Of a DNA stretch of 64,000 nucleotides, positions 51,527 to 64,000 are shown in pieces; position 1 is the first letter of the stretch, and the number at the start of each line of letters is the position of its first letter. Origin of the DNA: Perkinsus chesapeaki ATCC PRA-425. Its lineage: Eukaryota > Protista > Perkinsozoa. A program made the position numbers and the translations under genes. The stretch is from assembly GCA_013115145.1 (NCBI GenBank), contig JAAPAO010000002.1, positions 186,001 to 250,000 on the forward strand. The letters are read 5' to 3'. The notes below the pieces were generated by a model that saw only the letters and a list, made by a program, of their open reading frames with translations, was not told where the DNA came from and did no database searches.

Positions 51527-53161
51527 TTACATGTGGAGCAGCCAATCCGAAAGCTCTCTGCAACGTCTCTCCCGGCCTACCTGAGACAACACAGCAACTC
51601 CAAACACGATATATCTGAAGTGAATCCAGCAGCTCGCACCCAAGCTATCGGGGAGATCCAATCATGGCTTATGAGATCAGTCGCCGTAGGACGCTGCAAT
51701 GGGTTCCTAGTGAGTGCGCCTTCAACGAAGCTACAAACGTGTTTCGGGAATCTGAACAGTGAACAGCGCTTCATAGGTACGTTCGACCCGAATGGACCCG
51801 GGCATTCCACAATGAATTAAACTTTACATAATATCACTGAAAATGTAGGGGCTTTCATACTTGCTCTTATCCAAATGCGGTGCAGGCTGATGACAGAGTG
51901 AATCATACAGGACGATGAATCCACGACTAGCTGAGAATGGATTAACGCCAGTAAGTAACTCGTATGCGACTACTCCAAGAGACCTATAAAAACTTTAAAG
52001 ACAATACAAGACATACTCATAACCGCACCAGATGTCCGCAGAGTAGGTGTAGTCTTCACCCGCAGCTCGTTCAGGGGACATATACAGTGCTGTGCCTAAG
52101 AAAATTACAAGCGCTCGAAGACTTCATATAAGGAATGCACAAACCAATGAACGTGGTGCAAATTCCAACGGTTGATGTGAGGTCCTTGGAAATTCCAAGA
52201 TCCGTCAATTTAACCTAAGGTCAATAACTCCAAACTCCCTCAGTTAACAGCAAGTACTTCTCCAGCAGAGTTCACTAGGATGTTCTCCGGTTTGATATCT
52301 CGGTGGACAGAGTGATTCGAGTGGAGGAACCTATTAACGTAGCATAAGCCTAGAGTTGCTGCCACAGCGATAATGGAACATTACTTCAGACCCTCTAGAA
52401 CCTGCCATACGACGATGGCGGTATTAGACTCAGGCCAAACTTTCCCAGGTAGATGTTTGGTTATGTCCGCTAGAGAGCCCTTATCCATGAGTTCCATGGC
52501 AACATTGACCTATCGGAGTGGGCAGTTTGCAGCGACATCCGCGTCGAAGCTAGTATTACATAGACACTACCAGGAAGCGAGTACGCCGCAAACAAACGAA
52601 CAATGTAATCGCAGCTTTGTGCACGCAAAAGCGCCTGAAACAGGTATATGAATACATCAGTATCATTGAAGCGTTAATGACCCTTAAATCATTCATAACC
52701 TGGTCTCTCCGGGTTTTGTCGTCAGTTCTAACAGTCTTGATTGCTAACAATGTATCTGTCAAGCCTTTACCTATTCGCTAATAGCTACATTTCCATGAGA
52801 AGTAGTACCCGAAGGCCTGTGTACTCCCTTGATGACAACCCCAGATGCCCCCCGCCCAAGCAGGGGTTCCGAATCATCTGTCTGAGCAACGTTTAACAGA
52901 TACCCTTGCAACAAGGAGCTCTTATGAAATCACCTCGATTTCTCTCGGGTCTATAGTAAGCGTGTCATCAGAGCCAGGCAATCCAGCTATATCGATGTTC
53001 AATCCAGTAGCTTCGTGATGAATAGATCCGTTCTTGTCCCTGATTGAGCCCAGCTGGTCATGCTCTCGTCCCGCTAGCTATCACTACACACGCCAAGTTG
53101 TTGATAAAGCATCTGCCAATGTGGTGTCATCGAGTTGAGGGATAACCGGGCGGCGAGGCAT
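51527..53161 (-). CDS. STE7-family MAP kinase kinase (multi-exon)
   Basis: Docking site MPRRPVIPQL, GRGASGVV, IKTV, ELMDKGSL, HRDIKPENIL, VKLTDLGISKDLTSTVGICTTFIGT, YMSPER, SADIW, NPLQRPTATDLISHDWI. Confidence 0.88.
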
Positions 53162-53408
53162 ATGAGCTGCTGGTGAGATGGCACAATCAATAAACACACA
53201 ATCTGAAAGGCAAGGCGCTATAGCCACACTGGCACCATACCGAAGAAAAGATAGAAGCTAAAACGTGCAAAACCGCCGATTCGACGCGAAGACGTGAAAA
53301 GCTGATACAACGAATAACGAAACAGAGGAAGAAGGCGCAACTTAAGAAACTCAATTATATCAATGTGAGGTAGCTCAATACTATACGCAAAAATAGTCTA
53401 GCAGCATT

Positions 53409-56038
53409 TCAAACAAGTTCCTGCGGGATATCCGCCAAATCGCGGTCAGCGCTCGCCCAGTCTGAATCTTCTTCGTAGTCGCCCGTGCTGGCGCGTTCCT
53501 TGACTTTGAACAGAGGCGCCCTTTCACTAGAATACCTAAGAATCCTGGCTATATTACAAAGAGGACTCCAAAGCATCATTACCGGTGGTCAAAATCTCCC
53601 CCATCATCTGTAGTGGGTTCATAGTTATGCAGTTCTGAGCCCCCTCTATGCAAGGCTACCATCCTGTACTGTGATGGCCGCCCTGCCTCAATATCAGCTT
53701 GGTTCGCTCGCCGAAGCCGTTCCCGGTGTAAGAGTTTGCGTCCCTAGTATTCATGCTGAAAGCGTCGACAACACAAGTGAGGGTGTGTTACCTCCTCCAC
53801 AGTCGTCGCGTCCGCTTGAAGACCACTCCCTTCAAACTCGAACGTGGAGGACAAGCCGAGAGCCCGAACGAGACGATGATACGTGTTGGTCAGTTGAAGA
53901 AGAGAGAAAACCTACCAAATGAAAAAATTACGAGCTTTGGGTAAGCCGCTAGCGCACCATAACAAGGAGAGGGAAGTATGTGACGAATTGCTGGCCAATT
54001 ATTGGTGCTGCTGATATAGGTGTTCCAAACATCCGACCTGAATAAGAGAATATTTCGTGTTATTTGCAGCGGTATTTACCAAACGATGTGGCAGAGTCCG
54101 GAATCCGCAGCAGTTTGAGATAGTTATAGGCGACAGGGAAGCCAAGCCGCGTGACCATGGAGGCGCACCAAAGCAACGACGCACTGGAGAATCACAAAGA
54201 GTTGTACGAGCAAGCCTACGCAGGGTAGTAAATTTACCTATCAGTATGGTTGTGGGTGTATAAGCCATACGTCCCTGCCACCTTGACTTTAAATAAGGAC
54301 CAGTAACAACAGCCAGCTACGTAAAGGAGAGGAAGACCAACCCCGATCTGCCCTAATGCTGCGATATACACGGGAGGGACATAACCATCTGACTAGCCAT
54401 AACAAAACTTTCTTCTCATCCCAATACCTTTTTGAACTATACCAAGGGCCCATAACAGCTCATTATAACCAACAGCGAGCAAACTCGACCACTTTGAGTC
54501 CCAAAACATGGTGGCCTGATGAAGACAACGAAGTTCCCGTAGAAGTCACGGCTACTGATGAGAGAGAGATCCTATTGAACACGCACCTGGCCAATGACGA
54601 TCCCTATACTCATAACAGCGCACATGAACGCAGCCACGCGTGCCAGATACGATCCCAATGAGTGGCCAGAAAGCACCTACTCGATAAGTTGAAAGGCTTG
54701 GTACTATTGACGAACAAAGGAATGCTTCAGTCGTTGCATAACGCCATGCTGGACTGGATAGTCTGTGCTGTGAAGCGCCATACGGTCTTCCAGAGCACAT
54801 CCTGTGTCAACCAGATCTGACCACCTAAATTTGAGGCATAGCTAGTTGTGGTTACAGTACGATATCCTCGACGCGATAGTTCTCGCTATAGCTAATACGA
54901 CCCTACCTGTGCTGACTCCTTCTCGCCTCCGCTAGGGCCTGCGATAGCTCTAGATCCTCTTTTGAAGGGACTGAGCTCACCAGCGCTAGATTCATTGGTA
55001 TCAATGGTGTGCCTGTCTTCCGCATTAGCAGTACGATTCGCCACTGCCGAACGGCATACCTTCCGTATCACCATCTGCAAACTCGGAGACAACCTCGTCA
55101 TGCCCATCTTCGAAATTTACAGCAACTCCGAGAAATTCCCCAGCCTCCCGGATCTGAAAGAGCACGCAGAGCTACTGGGAAGCGAAAAGATAGATCATTC
55201 CTCCATTTGTAATCAAATATACTACAATTGAAACTCATTAACACTTAGCTATATGATTTTACGCGTCGCACAGCTCCCACAATTAGTGATAACTCTATAT
55301 CCCCGATGAGGTATGTTTTATTACTAGCTCTTTTGAAGCACCTCCTCCCGTTCTTTGGACTTCGCTACGATAGTGATTAAAAACATCCATCAACTCGAAC
55401 TTGGCCGAAAGTCTTGCCTGACACAGCAACGAGATTTCACACCGAAATTTTCATCCCCCAACTACGTCTTCCGCAGCGACCGCCTGAGCATAGATAGCCT
55501 CCAAATGTCGTCTGTCATATGACAGCACATTTAGCCATTGCGGAACAGCTACCAAGCCATATCCCAGCAGCAAAGTGACTAGTACCAAACCCCAAGCATT
55601 GGAAGCAGCATAAACAAATCCAACAATTGCCTCTAGACCGAGCCGTTGCTCGTACCATAGATAGACCAGCACCAAGAGACCCGCAATGGCATATGCCAGA
55701 TACCAGAGCGCATTGTTCCGAAGGGCCTTCTTAAGGGAATGTGTAGATTCGTATTCAATCATGATTGGATAGGCAACCCAGCAGAGACAGAAGGAGACCC
55801 AGTAAACCCTGCTCCAAGACTCCGAAAGAGTTTCTGTGTGTTCGTTCGTTCTGGAATAGCAAATATCATAGGGAAGTAAAACCAATGTCACAACTACTAG
55901 GGCCATACCGCAGTAGACTGCAATGAACTGGAATAAACTTGTCCTTTTGCTTGCATAGTTACATAGGGCCCTGAAACCCCACAAAAGAGATACTCCCAGT
56001 ATACTAAGTGGGAGAATTAAGGACTGCTCCACTGCCAT
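53409..56038 (-). CDS. LMBRD2: LMBR1-domain membrane protein (LMBRD2 type); 3' end approximate
   Basis: LVLLPYDI, WSRVYWVSFCLCWVAYPIMIEY, KKALRNNALWY, AASNAWGLVLVTLLLGYGLVAVP, SASLLWCASMVTRLGFPVAYNYL. Confidence 0.85.
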
Positions 56039-56077
56039 TAGCCAAAGAGGAGAGTCAAAAACATGCTATCACCGAAA

Positions 56078-56131
56078 TCATGAACGGGCACTTGCCATAA
56101 CACTTATCATGACGTCATGACTCATGACTCG
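56078..56131. promoter_or_regulatory. TCATGA(C) repeats with a 14-bp palindrome containing CRE/AP-1-like cores
   Basis: tcatgacgtcatga (56107-56120) includes TGACGTCA and is followed by TGACTCA; it lies just upstream of the LMBRD2 ATG. Confidence 0.35.
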
Positions 56132-56792
56132 TGGAAGCTATGAAAAGGGGATATCCCGGTCACAGAATAGGCAACCCTTGTCACGAAGTTTAGGTGGCCT
56201 AAATTGAACGTTCCCAGTTTTATAACAGTCCCCTAAGGCTACGTAAAGACTTATCCCCAGCTACAGGCGCCAAGACGGCTTCGAACAATAATAACGGCAA
56301 CATTCAATTCAAGGACCGTCCGCGTCGAGATATCGAATTCGCATCTTACCTGTATCGCTCCGCCGACCTCCGATGCATGTTTCGCACATTTCAATCCAGG
56401 TGTGGATCCGCAACAATCAGAAGAGGGATATAAGTCCAGCGTGGCAGTGAAGAGTTGCCCACATTTTGGGCCCCACAAATCAGTGACGATAAAGCGTGGT
56501 CCACGCTGCGTGGATTAGTTTCGAGTATTAATGTCACCCGGCGAGATGTTGTGCCACCTTTATTATTGCTAATTCACTACCGTTTATTCTGGGTCGGTTC
56601 CAGGCGAAATTCCCGCTGCGGCTGTGGATGCAGACCGGACCGAAGTTGCTCGAAACTTGAGTCTCAATCTTACGAGAACAAATTTCCGAGCAAAATTGTA
56701 TGGAGCACAAAGAACTGTGCGGATTGTGTGGAACCGCGTCGTTGTTTGTAGATTTGGGTATTCCGCCTATAGCCGAGGATTTGTCTACACTA

Positions 56793-59700
56793 ATGCCATT
56801 CGGCTTGTGGTCCAAATCAAGCTCATCTGTGTCGTCGGCGTCATCGTCGAGCGGATCACACCACCATCACCGGCATCATGGGTCCAAGAGTCATCGCCAT
56901 AACCGATCTCAGAGCTATCCGTCTGCCAACGATGGAGAGGTCCAAGAGAGGGGAATGAAGGCCGCGGATAACAATAATAAAGAGAACGAAGAAGACGCCG
57001 TGCTTTCGAAAATTGATCCCAAAGCTAAGAAAGGAAGTAATGCAGGGCTGGTTTACGAGATCCGTTGGGAACGTTTGGGTTACCCGGTACCACTGGAACC
57101 CAGACGCCGGATTTTTGTCAGTGTGTGATCCTGAGATCTATGGAGTTCTACATTGTGTGGCTTCGTTGAGTAGACATTGTACAGAAAGACTATTCTTGCC
57201 GGAATTGCATCCTCTCTTATCTCGGGTTATCGCATCATGACACAGAGGCGTCGTAGGTACAGTGGTAGAGTCTGACTCCGACGAACTTTACGAAAAGGAG
57301 TATCTTAACTCATTGAAGCATAAATCTAGTCGCGCCAGTAAGAACAAGAGGATCTGTATCTTTGTATCGTTAACAATAGGCTATGTCGGTGGAGCTGCCA
57401 CTGGAGCCGCTGCTGCAGTTGGAACGTTCGTGGTACTAAAGAGCGCCGCGCTCGTTGATGCAAAAGAATACAGTATAGTGTTTTGCGTCGCAGGTATTTG
57501 CTTCACCTCTGGCCGTGGCGGGAGCTGCCGCCATCGGGGCTGGTGGTGCTTGGAAACTCCTCCGGGATAAAGGGAAGCGAGAAGTTAAAGCGGTACAGCG
57601 CCGGTGTGTTTCTCTGTCTAAGGATGCGTACTTAGGCGGAAGGAACTATGAAGTCAGGAGACCACTCGGTTGATGTCACTCAGACTATGCTGGGCGCATC
57701 TGGCAGCGAAGCTGCGGGTAAATCCCAGAGTAATAAACAGGAATTTTTATGGGATTCTAGCGATGACGGACGTTCGCAGGTTACTTCACACTTTCTGGCA
57801 AATCTGCCAATGAGCTTGACGAGTTCCTTGCTGGAGGGAAACCAAGTAGGATCAGTTTCGGTACTTTTGAGAGGCATTGTTGTTATCAGGCCTCAAGCGA
57901 CTCAAGTTCTTGGTTTCGTGGGCGCGATTACAGGTCGAGGATTCTCTGCCTACCATGGAATCGGCTCGTAGGTTCCACGGGGACTTCTACACTTCCTATG
58001 AACGCACAGGAATTCGGTTTCTTAGTCAATTCTGGCGACAGCGCTCGCATAAGTACTCAATGTGCGAAGTTAATGGCAGCGTTGGACGAGGTCATAGGGT
58101 CGTTTTCTCCATGGGTACAGCAACAATACGTTGCGCGAGCTGAGAAGGATAAAGTAGTCAACGGCCGACTAACTTTGTCGGTAAATGTCTACGTCAGGGC
58201 AAACGTCATCGAGAGTTTACGCTGATTTGCCTCCATGTAAACCCGCTTTACAGGTTCCTTGCGCATGATTCAGTCAACAAGGTAGGTTTACCTATTTCTT
58301 ACGATACATTCGATCATTCTGACTTTCAGGCATTTACTTTCTGTAATACAGAATTTTTGGAACAGTGGGATAACGGGACGGTGGATCCCGAAGTGATGAT
58401 TCAGAGGTGAGTCGTTGACCTAGGACCCGGTTAGTCGGATATTTCGTAATAGGTGCCGTGGAACATTTCCAACCATAGTCGAAACTGTCGGTCTAATTCG
58501 CAGTCATCCAGTCACAAAAGGTACCAATCTTCAGAAAGCCGTTAAATTGAGATGCTTTTCGCCTGTAGGTCAAAAAGACACGGAACTGATGACATCTTCG
58601 GAGCAAGGAGAGCACAGGCTCACCGCCACAGTGTTCTGGATATCACAATTCTTGAGAAGGTATTTTTTTAGTAGAGGGGCTCCAACTTTGCCACTTTCAG
58701 ACCTGATGTCCAGGAGTTCCTATCCGGTGCCATGATGCGAAACACCCGTACGATGGCTTCTCGGAGGAAGACGTCGATGAAGGGTGAGCAATCAGGTTGG
58801 CACCGTCAGCATCGCAGTGGTTACTGTAGCAGGCTCAGTGTCCCAGTCCTCACGCGCTGAAGCTGTGAAGGATGCGGACCAAGCCAACGTCTCACCTGAA
58901 GGGAACGTAGTCAGCGAGGCTCCCACTACACCCGAGAGCTCAGAGGAAGAGGGCACCTCAACGATAGAGTTCCCGCCTCTAGGTAATACACGCAAGTCGT
59001 ATAATCGTACTCGTCGAAATGCTAACTTAGCATTGCTAAGCAGCATAAACTTCCGTCTTAATCGCTCCTTGCGATGCCTTTGGCCTTTTTCGTAGGCGCT
59101 GAACTCGAAATGGATGAGGATGCGTTCTACTCGGCATCAGAGGGAGAGTCGTCGGACGAAGCAGGTAGCAGACTCGCTGGAAAGGGGAAAGTATTGCGGA
59201 AAAAACTTGATAGTGGTAACACTTGCTGGTGGATAGTTACCCTCCTATTGCCGTACTTCATTTCAGTCGAAGCACAGCCGCCAGCAGGACTGGGCCTGGA
59301 GTTATATGGCGCGTCCACAAGGGACTCTGTTATGAGCGACAAGATTCGTCCAATTTACAGTACGGACGAGAACGAGATTAACTCTTGGTAGTGGAGTGTA
59401 TTGCAGGGTGATTAGGGCTCTGCTGGGGGTTATCGCGTTTTTTCTTCAGGAGTGAGATTGATTGCACGGAATTTAAAGTGAGAGGTCATACGTACCTAAC
59501 AGACAAGGTGAAACATCCTAGCGAGTCGGCTTTGATGGAGACCGGTACTAGTCGGGGGAGGTATGATGTGAAATCACTGTCCGAAGCGGATTCAAAGTAC
59601 CTATTCGCGGGCTACCATTTTTGACTTGGATATATTTGGGCGGTCACGGGTATTGTTCAGTAGAATGGGTAGTGCTGCAGTGTATCGATTTCTTGTATCT

Positions 59701-60734
59701 CGGGAGAAATCGCATGTTGTTCGAGCATTCAACTGAGTTCCTACACTCTCGTTTGTTAGTCTCATTTGAACTGTTCTTCTGCGATGACGGTGAAGTGGTA
59801 TGTGCTTCTACGGAACCCCACTGCAAGGCCTACTGGTTGCTGAAGGAGAATCCTAATTGGTAGGGCTTTGGACTCCTTCCTGCCAGTAATATCTCCTCCA
59901 GCTTCTTCTTTACTGTTAACTGGAGGATGGCGCCGTTCCATTGCACCAATACTTTCATGGTCAACAAGAACGCGCCGTGGCTGCAGTCTGAGACGGATGA
60001 AGTAATGATAATGGGAGGCTCCTCGTTGATTAGTTCCTTCCGAGTGTGATTGTTTCAAGTCGACGATCCGCGAAATAACGTGTGTGAGAAGATAGCTTGA
60101 GTGGGTATATCCCACGGGAGAACTCTTAGAACTAGAAATTTCTCTTAGAAGGCTTTCAAAAGTCTTTCATTTGATTTTCAGCCCTATGGAATCCTCATGC
60201 AGCGGTTCTTGGGTATGGATGATGAGGAGCGCAACGGTCGTCTGAAGGTTATCCCTTCCGTGGCTGAGGGTCCGTGGATCGTTAAGAAGGTAGTCTATTG
60301 GAAGGTTTACGTAAGCAGGCAAGGCATTCTGACTTGTATTTAGGCAGTGGGGCAAACTCCTGCTATCATCGGCCGAAAGCTTACTACAACACATTTCACT
60401 GGCGACCGTTTCGTTGAAGTATCGGTCGACGTTTTCTCGAGTGCTGCAGCTAGGCACATGATGTCACTGGTCCGTAACTTATGCCTCTTTCAAAATGACT
60501 ACTTCTGTTAGGTTGTCGGTGCTGCCAAGAAGCTTGTAATTGATGTCGGGTTCGTGCTGGAAGGCCATTCCGAGGTACTTGTCTGGGTTCAACGGTCTTT
60601 TCATGTATCTTACTTAGGACGAGCTTCCGGAGCGGCTGTTGGGCGGATTCCGCCTGAGAAAGGCAGACCTCGTAACGTGTCGACGATTCAAGCGAGAAGA
60701 GACGGAGAGCGACGCCAGTCGGAACTCGGCATGA
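56793..60734 (+). CDS. Protein with an EDR2 C-terminal domain (DUF1336) and an FFAT-like motif; the upstream part may be the same or a separate gene
   Basis: C-terminal exons RNLKVRGHTYLTDKVKHPS, KPAIIGRKL, FVEVSVDVFSSAAAR, KLVIDVGFVLEG..DELPERLLG match EDR2_C. His/Ser-rich start MPFGLWSKSSSS...HHHHRHH. Confidence 0.7.
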
Positions 60735-61016
60735 TTCATCATATTGCATTGTTAGCCTGTTTGGCAGTGGCCGGTTTGTTATGCCAGTGTCACGTTTTTT
60801 CAAGGCGTTTGTTCTTCTCCCTTGAGGGTCTTTTGCCGCTTTTGAGTTTGCTGTGCGCTCGTTTGTGTAAACATCATACTGTATGCATTTGTCTGTCCAC
60901 CGGGGATTCCATACAAAATTGCCTTTCTCTCAAAGCGGGTATGCTTGCGTTTGAGTGCTAAAGAATGGCCTCTGAGTGATCCGAGCTAGGGTTTGCCCAC
61001 AGGGTCGTATCTTCCC

Positions 61017-62872
61017 ATGTCTTCGCCTTCCACCGACCCCAGCGAGATTCCCACCGATCTCGAACAGAACGAGGAACCGTCGGTTATCACACAGGTAACC
61101 TGAGTCCAGCTGCAGATATATTGATCTAGTTTTATAAGGTCGAAGGAGTCTTCACCACGAAACTGCCGGAGCAGTACCACATACCTGATGATCCCATCGT
61201 ACTCGAAGGATCCCTGTCGCGCTCTGGTATATGTCTTTCTTCCAATATACGTTCGCAATTGTCGTTGCTATGTAGGTCTCTCGTCTATGTTGAATGATCT
61301 CCTGTCATTGGACGAGCCAGCTGTTTTCGACTTCATTGTCAACGGGCAGTTCCTGCGGACTAGCCTTGCCGACTTCTACAGCCAGAACGGTCTCTCCAGT
61401 GAAGTCGCATGCAAGATAGAGTGCGCTGGAGTTAACCTTACTATCTGGAACTTGACGAACTTCACTTCAGATATGTTCTCGCTATGCCCGAGCCGGAGAC
61501 CTCTGAGGTCACTCAAGAGGAGGAATGGCTCTCGTGCGTTGAGATTGTTGGAGGGGCGGATTCTCGGTTCTATGCTACTGGGTCAATGAAAGGTAGGAAT
61601 AAAACACCGTCCAATCGTGCCCAGCCTTTCCATAGGTTCCTGGAGCTTGTACGCTGGTGAAGGTCATCATAAGCTCTTTGGGCAGCGGGACTCCGACGCG
61701 TCAGTGCTGTCCCTCGCTGGGCTTGACGATGTTATTGCTACTGGTACACATACTTGGGAGTCCCACATTTCCGCACTTGCTTCTGCCTTAGGCAGCCGGG
61801 ATGGCCTAGTTCGATTCTACTCTCTTGCGGATAACAAGAAGTCATCGAAGCTCATGTCCAGTGCGAATAACGGGATTAAAGGAGGGTAACTATCACTGCA
61901 GTTAACATAGCCATTGATGAGAACTGTGCTCTCTAGGATCGCGGCTGTGACGGCGCTCACCATTTCATCTGATGGAAGTATCGTGGTGGCTGGTGATGCC
62001 GGGGGTCTCCTAGCCTTGTATAACGTTCCCAGCGGTAAGTGCAAAAGCACTCGGTTCTCATACTGCAGTGCATTCCGTTCTTTCAGATTCGTCTCGTGAT
62101 ATTACTGGGCCTAGGGCCGTTTTTGCCGATCACCACATGGAAGACTGTGGAGTGACTAGGTATGCGATGATAAATTGCCCAGCTCGCTATCTTGGTGGCA
62201 CTTAGATTGGTCAAGCTTGATGCAGAGACCGTCATGTCATCTTCCCTTGATAACACGTTGGCTCTCTGGGATATCTTAGCAGTTAAGCGCAAGGCAGTTC
62301 TTCCCTGTGCAAGGTAAGCGTATCGAATTGTCGGTGACGAAGTCAACGGTACCGCGGCGTTTGATACCTTTGCGATTTTGGCGTTCGTAAGGTATCGACC
62401 TTTTTAGAGCCGCCACCGCCCTAGCGGTATCCAACAACAAGAAGGTAGTCTGCACTGGCCATGATGATGGTCGTGTCGCTTACTGGGACCTACGTACTGC
62501 CCGAGAGGAGCTTGAACTCATACAGCAGTATAGGACACATGAGCGTCTAATTACGGGGGTTGGTTGCTATGGCAAATTGATGATTGATTGCGTCTCTGTT
62601 AGGTATCATGGAACCCGTCAAGTGCTTACTTGGTGGCTACTAGTTCTCTCGATGGCACTGTGCGTCTCTACGATTCGCGCTCAGCCCGCCTCCCGCTTCA
62701 GCGCTGTGACATGCCCCAAGATGTAGCAGTAACCGGATGCGCCTGGCTCGATGACAAGGTACATGAAACTTCGATCAGTTCATGCTTCATTCTTCCTTCT
62801 TAGGTTATCCTATCCTCTGGCTCGGATGGTAAAGTGAGGACACACATGATCAACCCCTCCTTGGTTGACTAG
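61017..62872 (+). CDS. WDR12: Ribosome biogenesis protein WDR12/Ytm1 (NLE + WD40)
   Basis: TKLPEQYHIPDDPI, GLSSMLNDLL, FDFIVNGQFLRTSL, followed by WD40 exons (TGHDDGRVAYWDLR, SLDGTVRLYDSRS, SSGSDGKVR). Confidence 0.92.
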
Positions 62873-62988
62873 TCGACAAGGTGGTGCCGATGGAAGGCAT
62901 AACGTCATTCAAACGTACATTCCTGGATTACCAAAGGAGGTTTCTTATCAATTTCCCAACTGCTTAGTTTGTTCAGTATTACAGAGAT

Positions 62989-64000
62989 ATGGCGAGGGAA
63001 TGGGATGAGTAACTTAGTACTATATTGAGCCTTTTATGGAAACAACAGCCTTCAGGGATTTTGAGTGCGCCTTCGATGAGACAGACGTTATTGTCTTAGA
63101 TAGCGGGTCCGGGTTTACCAAGGCCGGCTTTAGTGGTTGTGAGGTCCCAGCTCGAGTTGTGCCAACGATTGCATTTCACGATACGATTCCTCGGGGGGGT
63201 AAGCTCGCCTCCTAGGCAGGCTTGAGGTTTCCTATCAGATTCTTTCGATGCCAACGTAGGAGTTAGTGCGCATACGAATATTAGTAGCCGGGCAAGCACT
63301 GCTAACGACCAACGCGTGAAACTCTACGGCAACGATGCCTTGGAAGCCTTCACCAGCAGTAACCAGGCGCAACCTATCAGGTTCGCCCGTCTCAAAATCG
63401 GATCATATTCTCGGTTCCTAGACCGGTATTGCGCGGAGAAATAGTGGACAAGGAAGACTTGGAGGGGTTATGGAGCCACATTCTGAAGAAAATAGTTAGG
63501 GGCTCCAAATGGGGCCGTGACGGTAAACTTTTCCCCGGTCGCTGGTACATATAACTGGCTGTATGAAGGTGAGGTATCACTAGAAGGTTTTCCAGTATTG
63601 CTGGCGGATTGCCCCTCGAGCTCAGCTGTTGCAACGGCTAGTAACCAGCCTCTAGTGGGGGTTGGTGGCAATAGCTTCACGCGAGCGTGGATGGCGGAAG
63701 TAATTGCAGAGAATAGGGCCGGTATCAAAGAGCATGTTCTTCATAGGTTATGTTTGAGAAGTTTAGGGCACCGGCTGTAGCTGTTGTCAACACAGCGGCA
63801 CTATCTCTTTTCTCAACGGGCGTGCCCACTGGACTGGTCATTGATATTGGTGAAGGGGTAGCTAAACCTCACTAAGGCTCATTTATCGCTTTGGAACTCC
63901 AGGTTACACATGCCACGCCCGTTTTCCAAGGATTTGCTATCCCCCATGCAACCTTCCGATTGGACAGAGCGGGTAATATTCTTGAATCGAGTATTCGGTT
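62989..64000 (+). CDS. Actin-related/actin-like protein, 5' part (runs off the window)
   Basis: [87 protein letters not shown]. Confidence 0.88.

Noticed and set aside
56251-56815. Minus-strand ORFs between LMBRD2 and the EDR2-like gene
   Set aside because: There is one good donor site but no coherent reading frame or recognisable motif.

Overview
Compact, intron-rich eukaryotic nuclear DNA with tightly packed genes and mostly 40-55 nt GT-AG introns. Gene content and style point to a perkinsozoan alveolate (Perkinsus-like); this is an inference. I found no rRNA, tRNA, CRISPR or transposon. Recognisable genes in order: 3' end of PSMA6; a cluster of three C69-family Ntn peptidases interrupted by AP-3 delta; a TBC1D22/Gyp1 RabGAP; a Slo/BK-type K+ channel; PIG-A; tubulin cofactor B; katanin p60; NUP42; CCZ1; a STE7 MAP2K; LMBRD2; an EDR2-C (DUF1336) protein; WDR12/Ytm1; and the 5' part of an actin-related gene, plus about a dozen lineage-specific hypothetical genes. 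Most notable: (1) the C69 locus, which has two equal-length, phase-compatible first exons each carrying the catalytic Cys, one fully intronless paralogue, and a 192-bp near-identical tract suggesting gene conversion; (2) an intronless 605-aa protein with seven SNVNP...SPFDDEFP repeats carrying FxDxF-like motifs; (3) a small surface-type protein with a bacterial-style lipobox (LSGC), downstream of a palindrome-rich divergent promoter. Exon boundaries were read by eye and outer coordinates of multi-exon genes are approximate.
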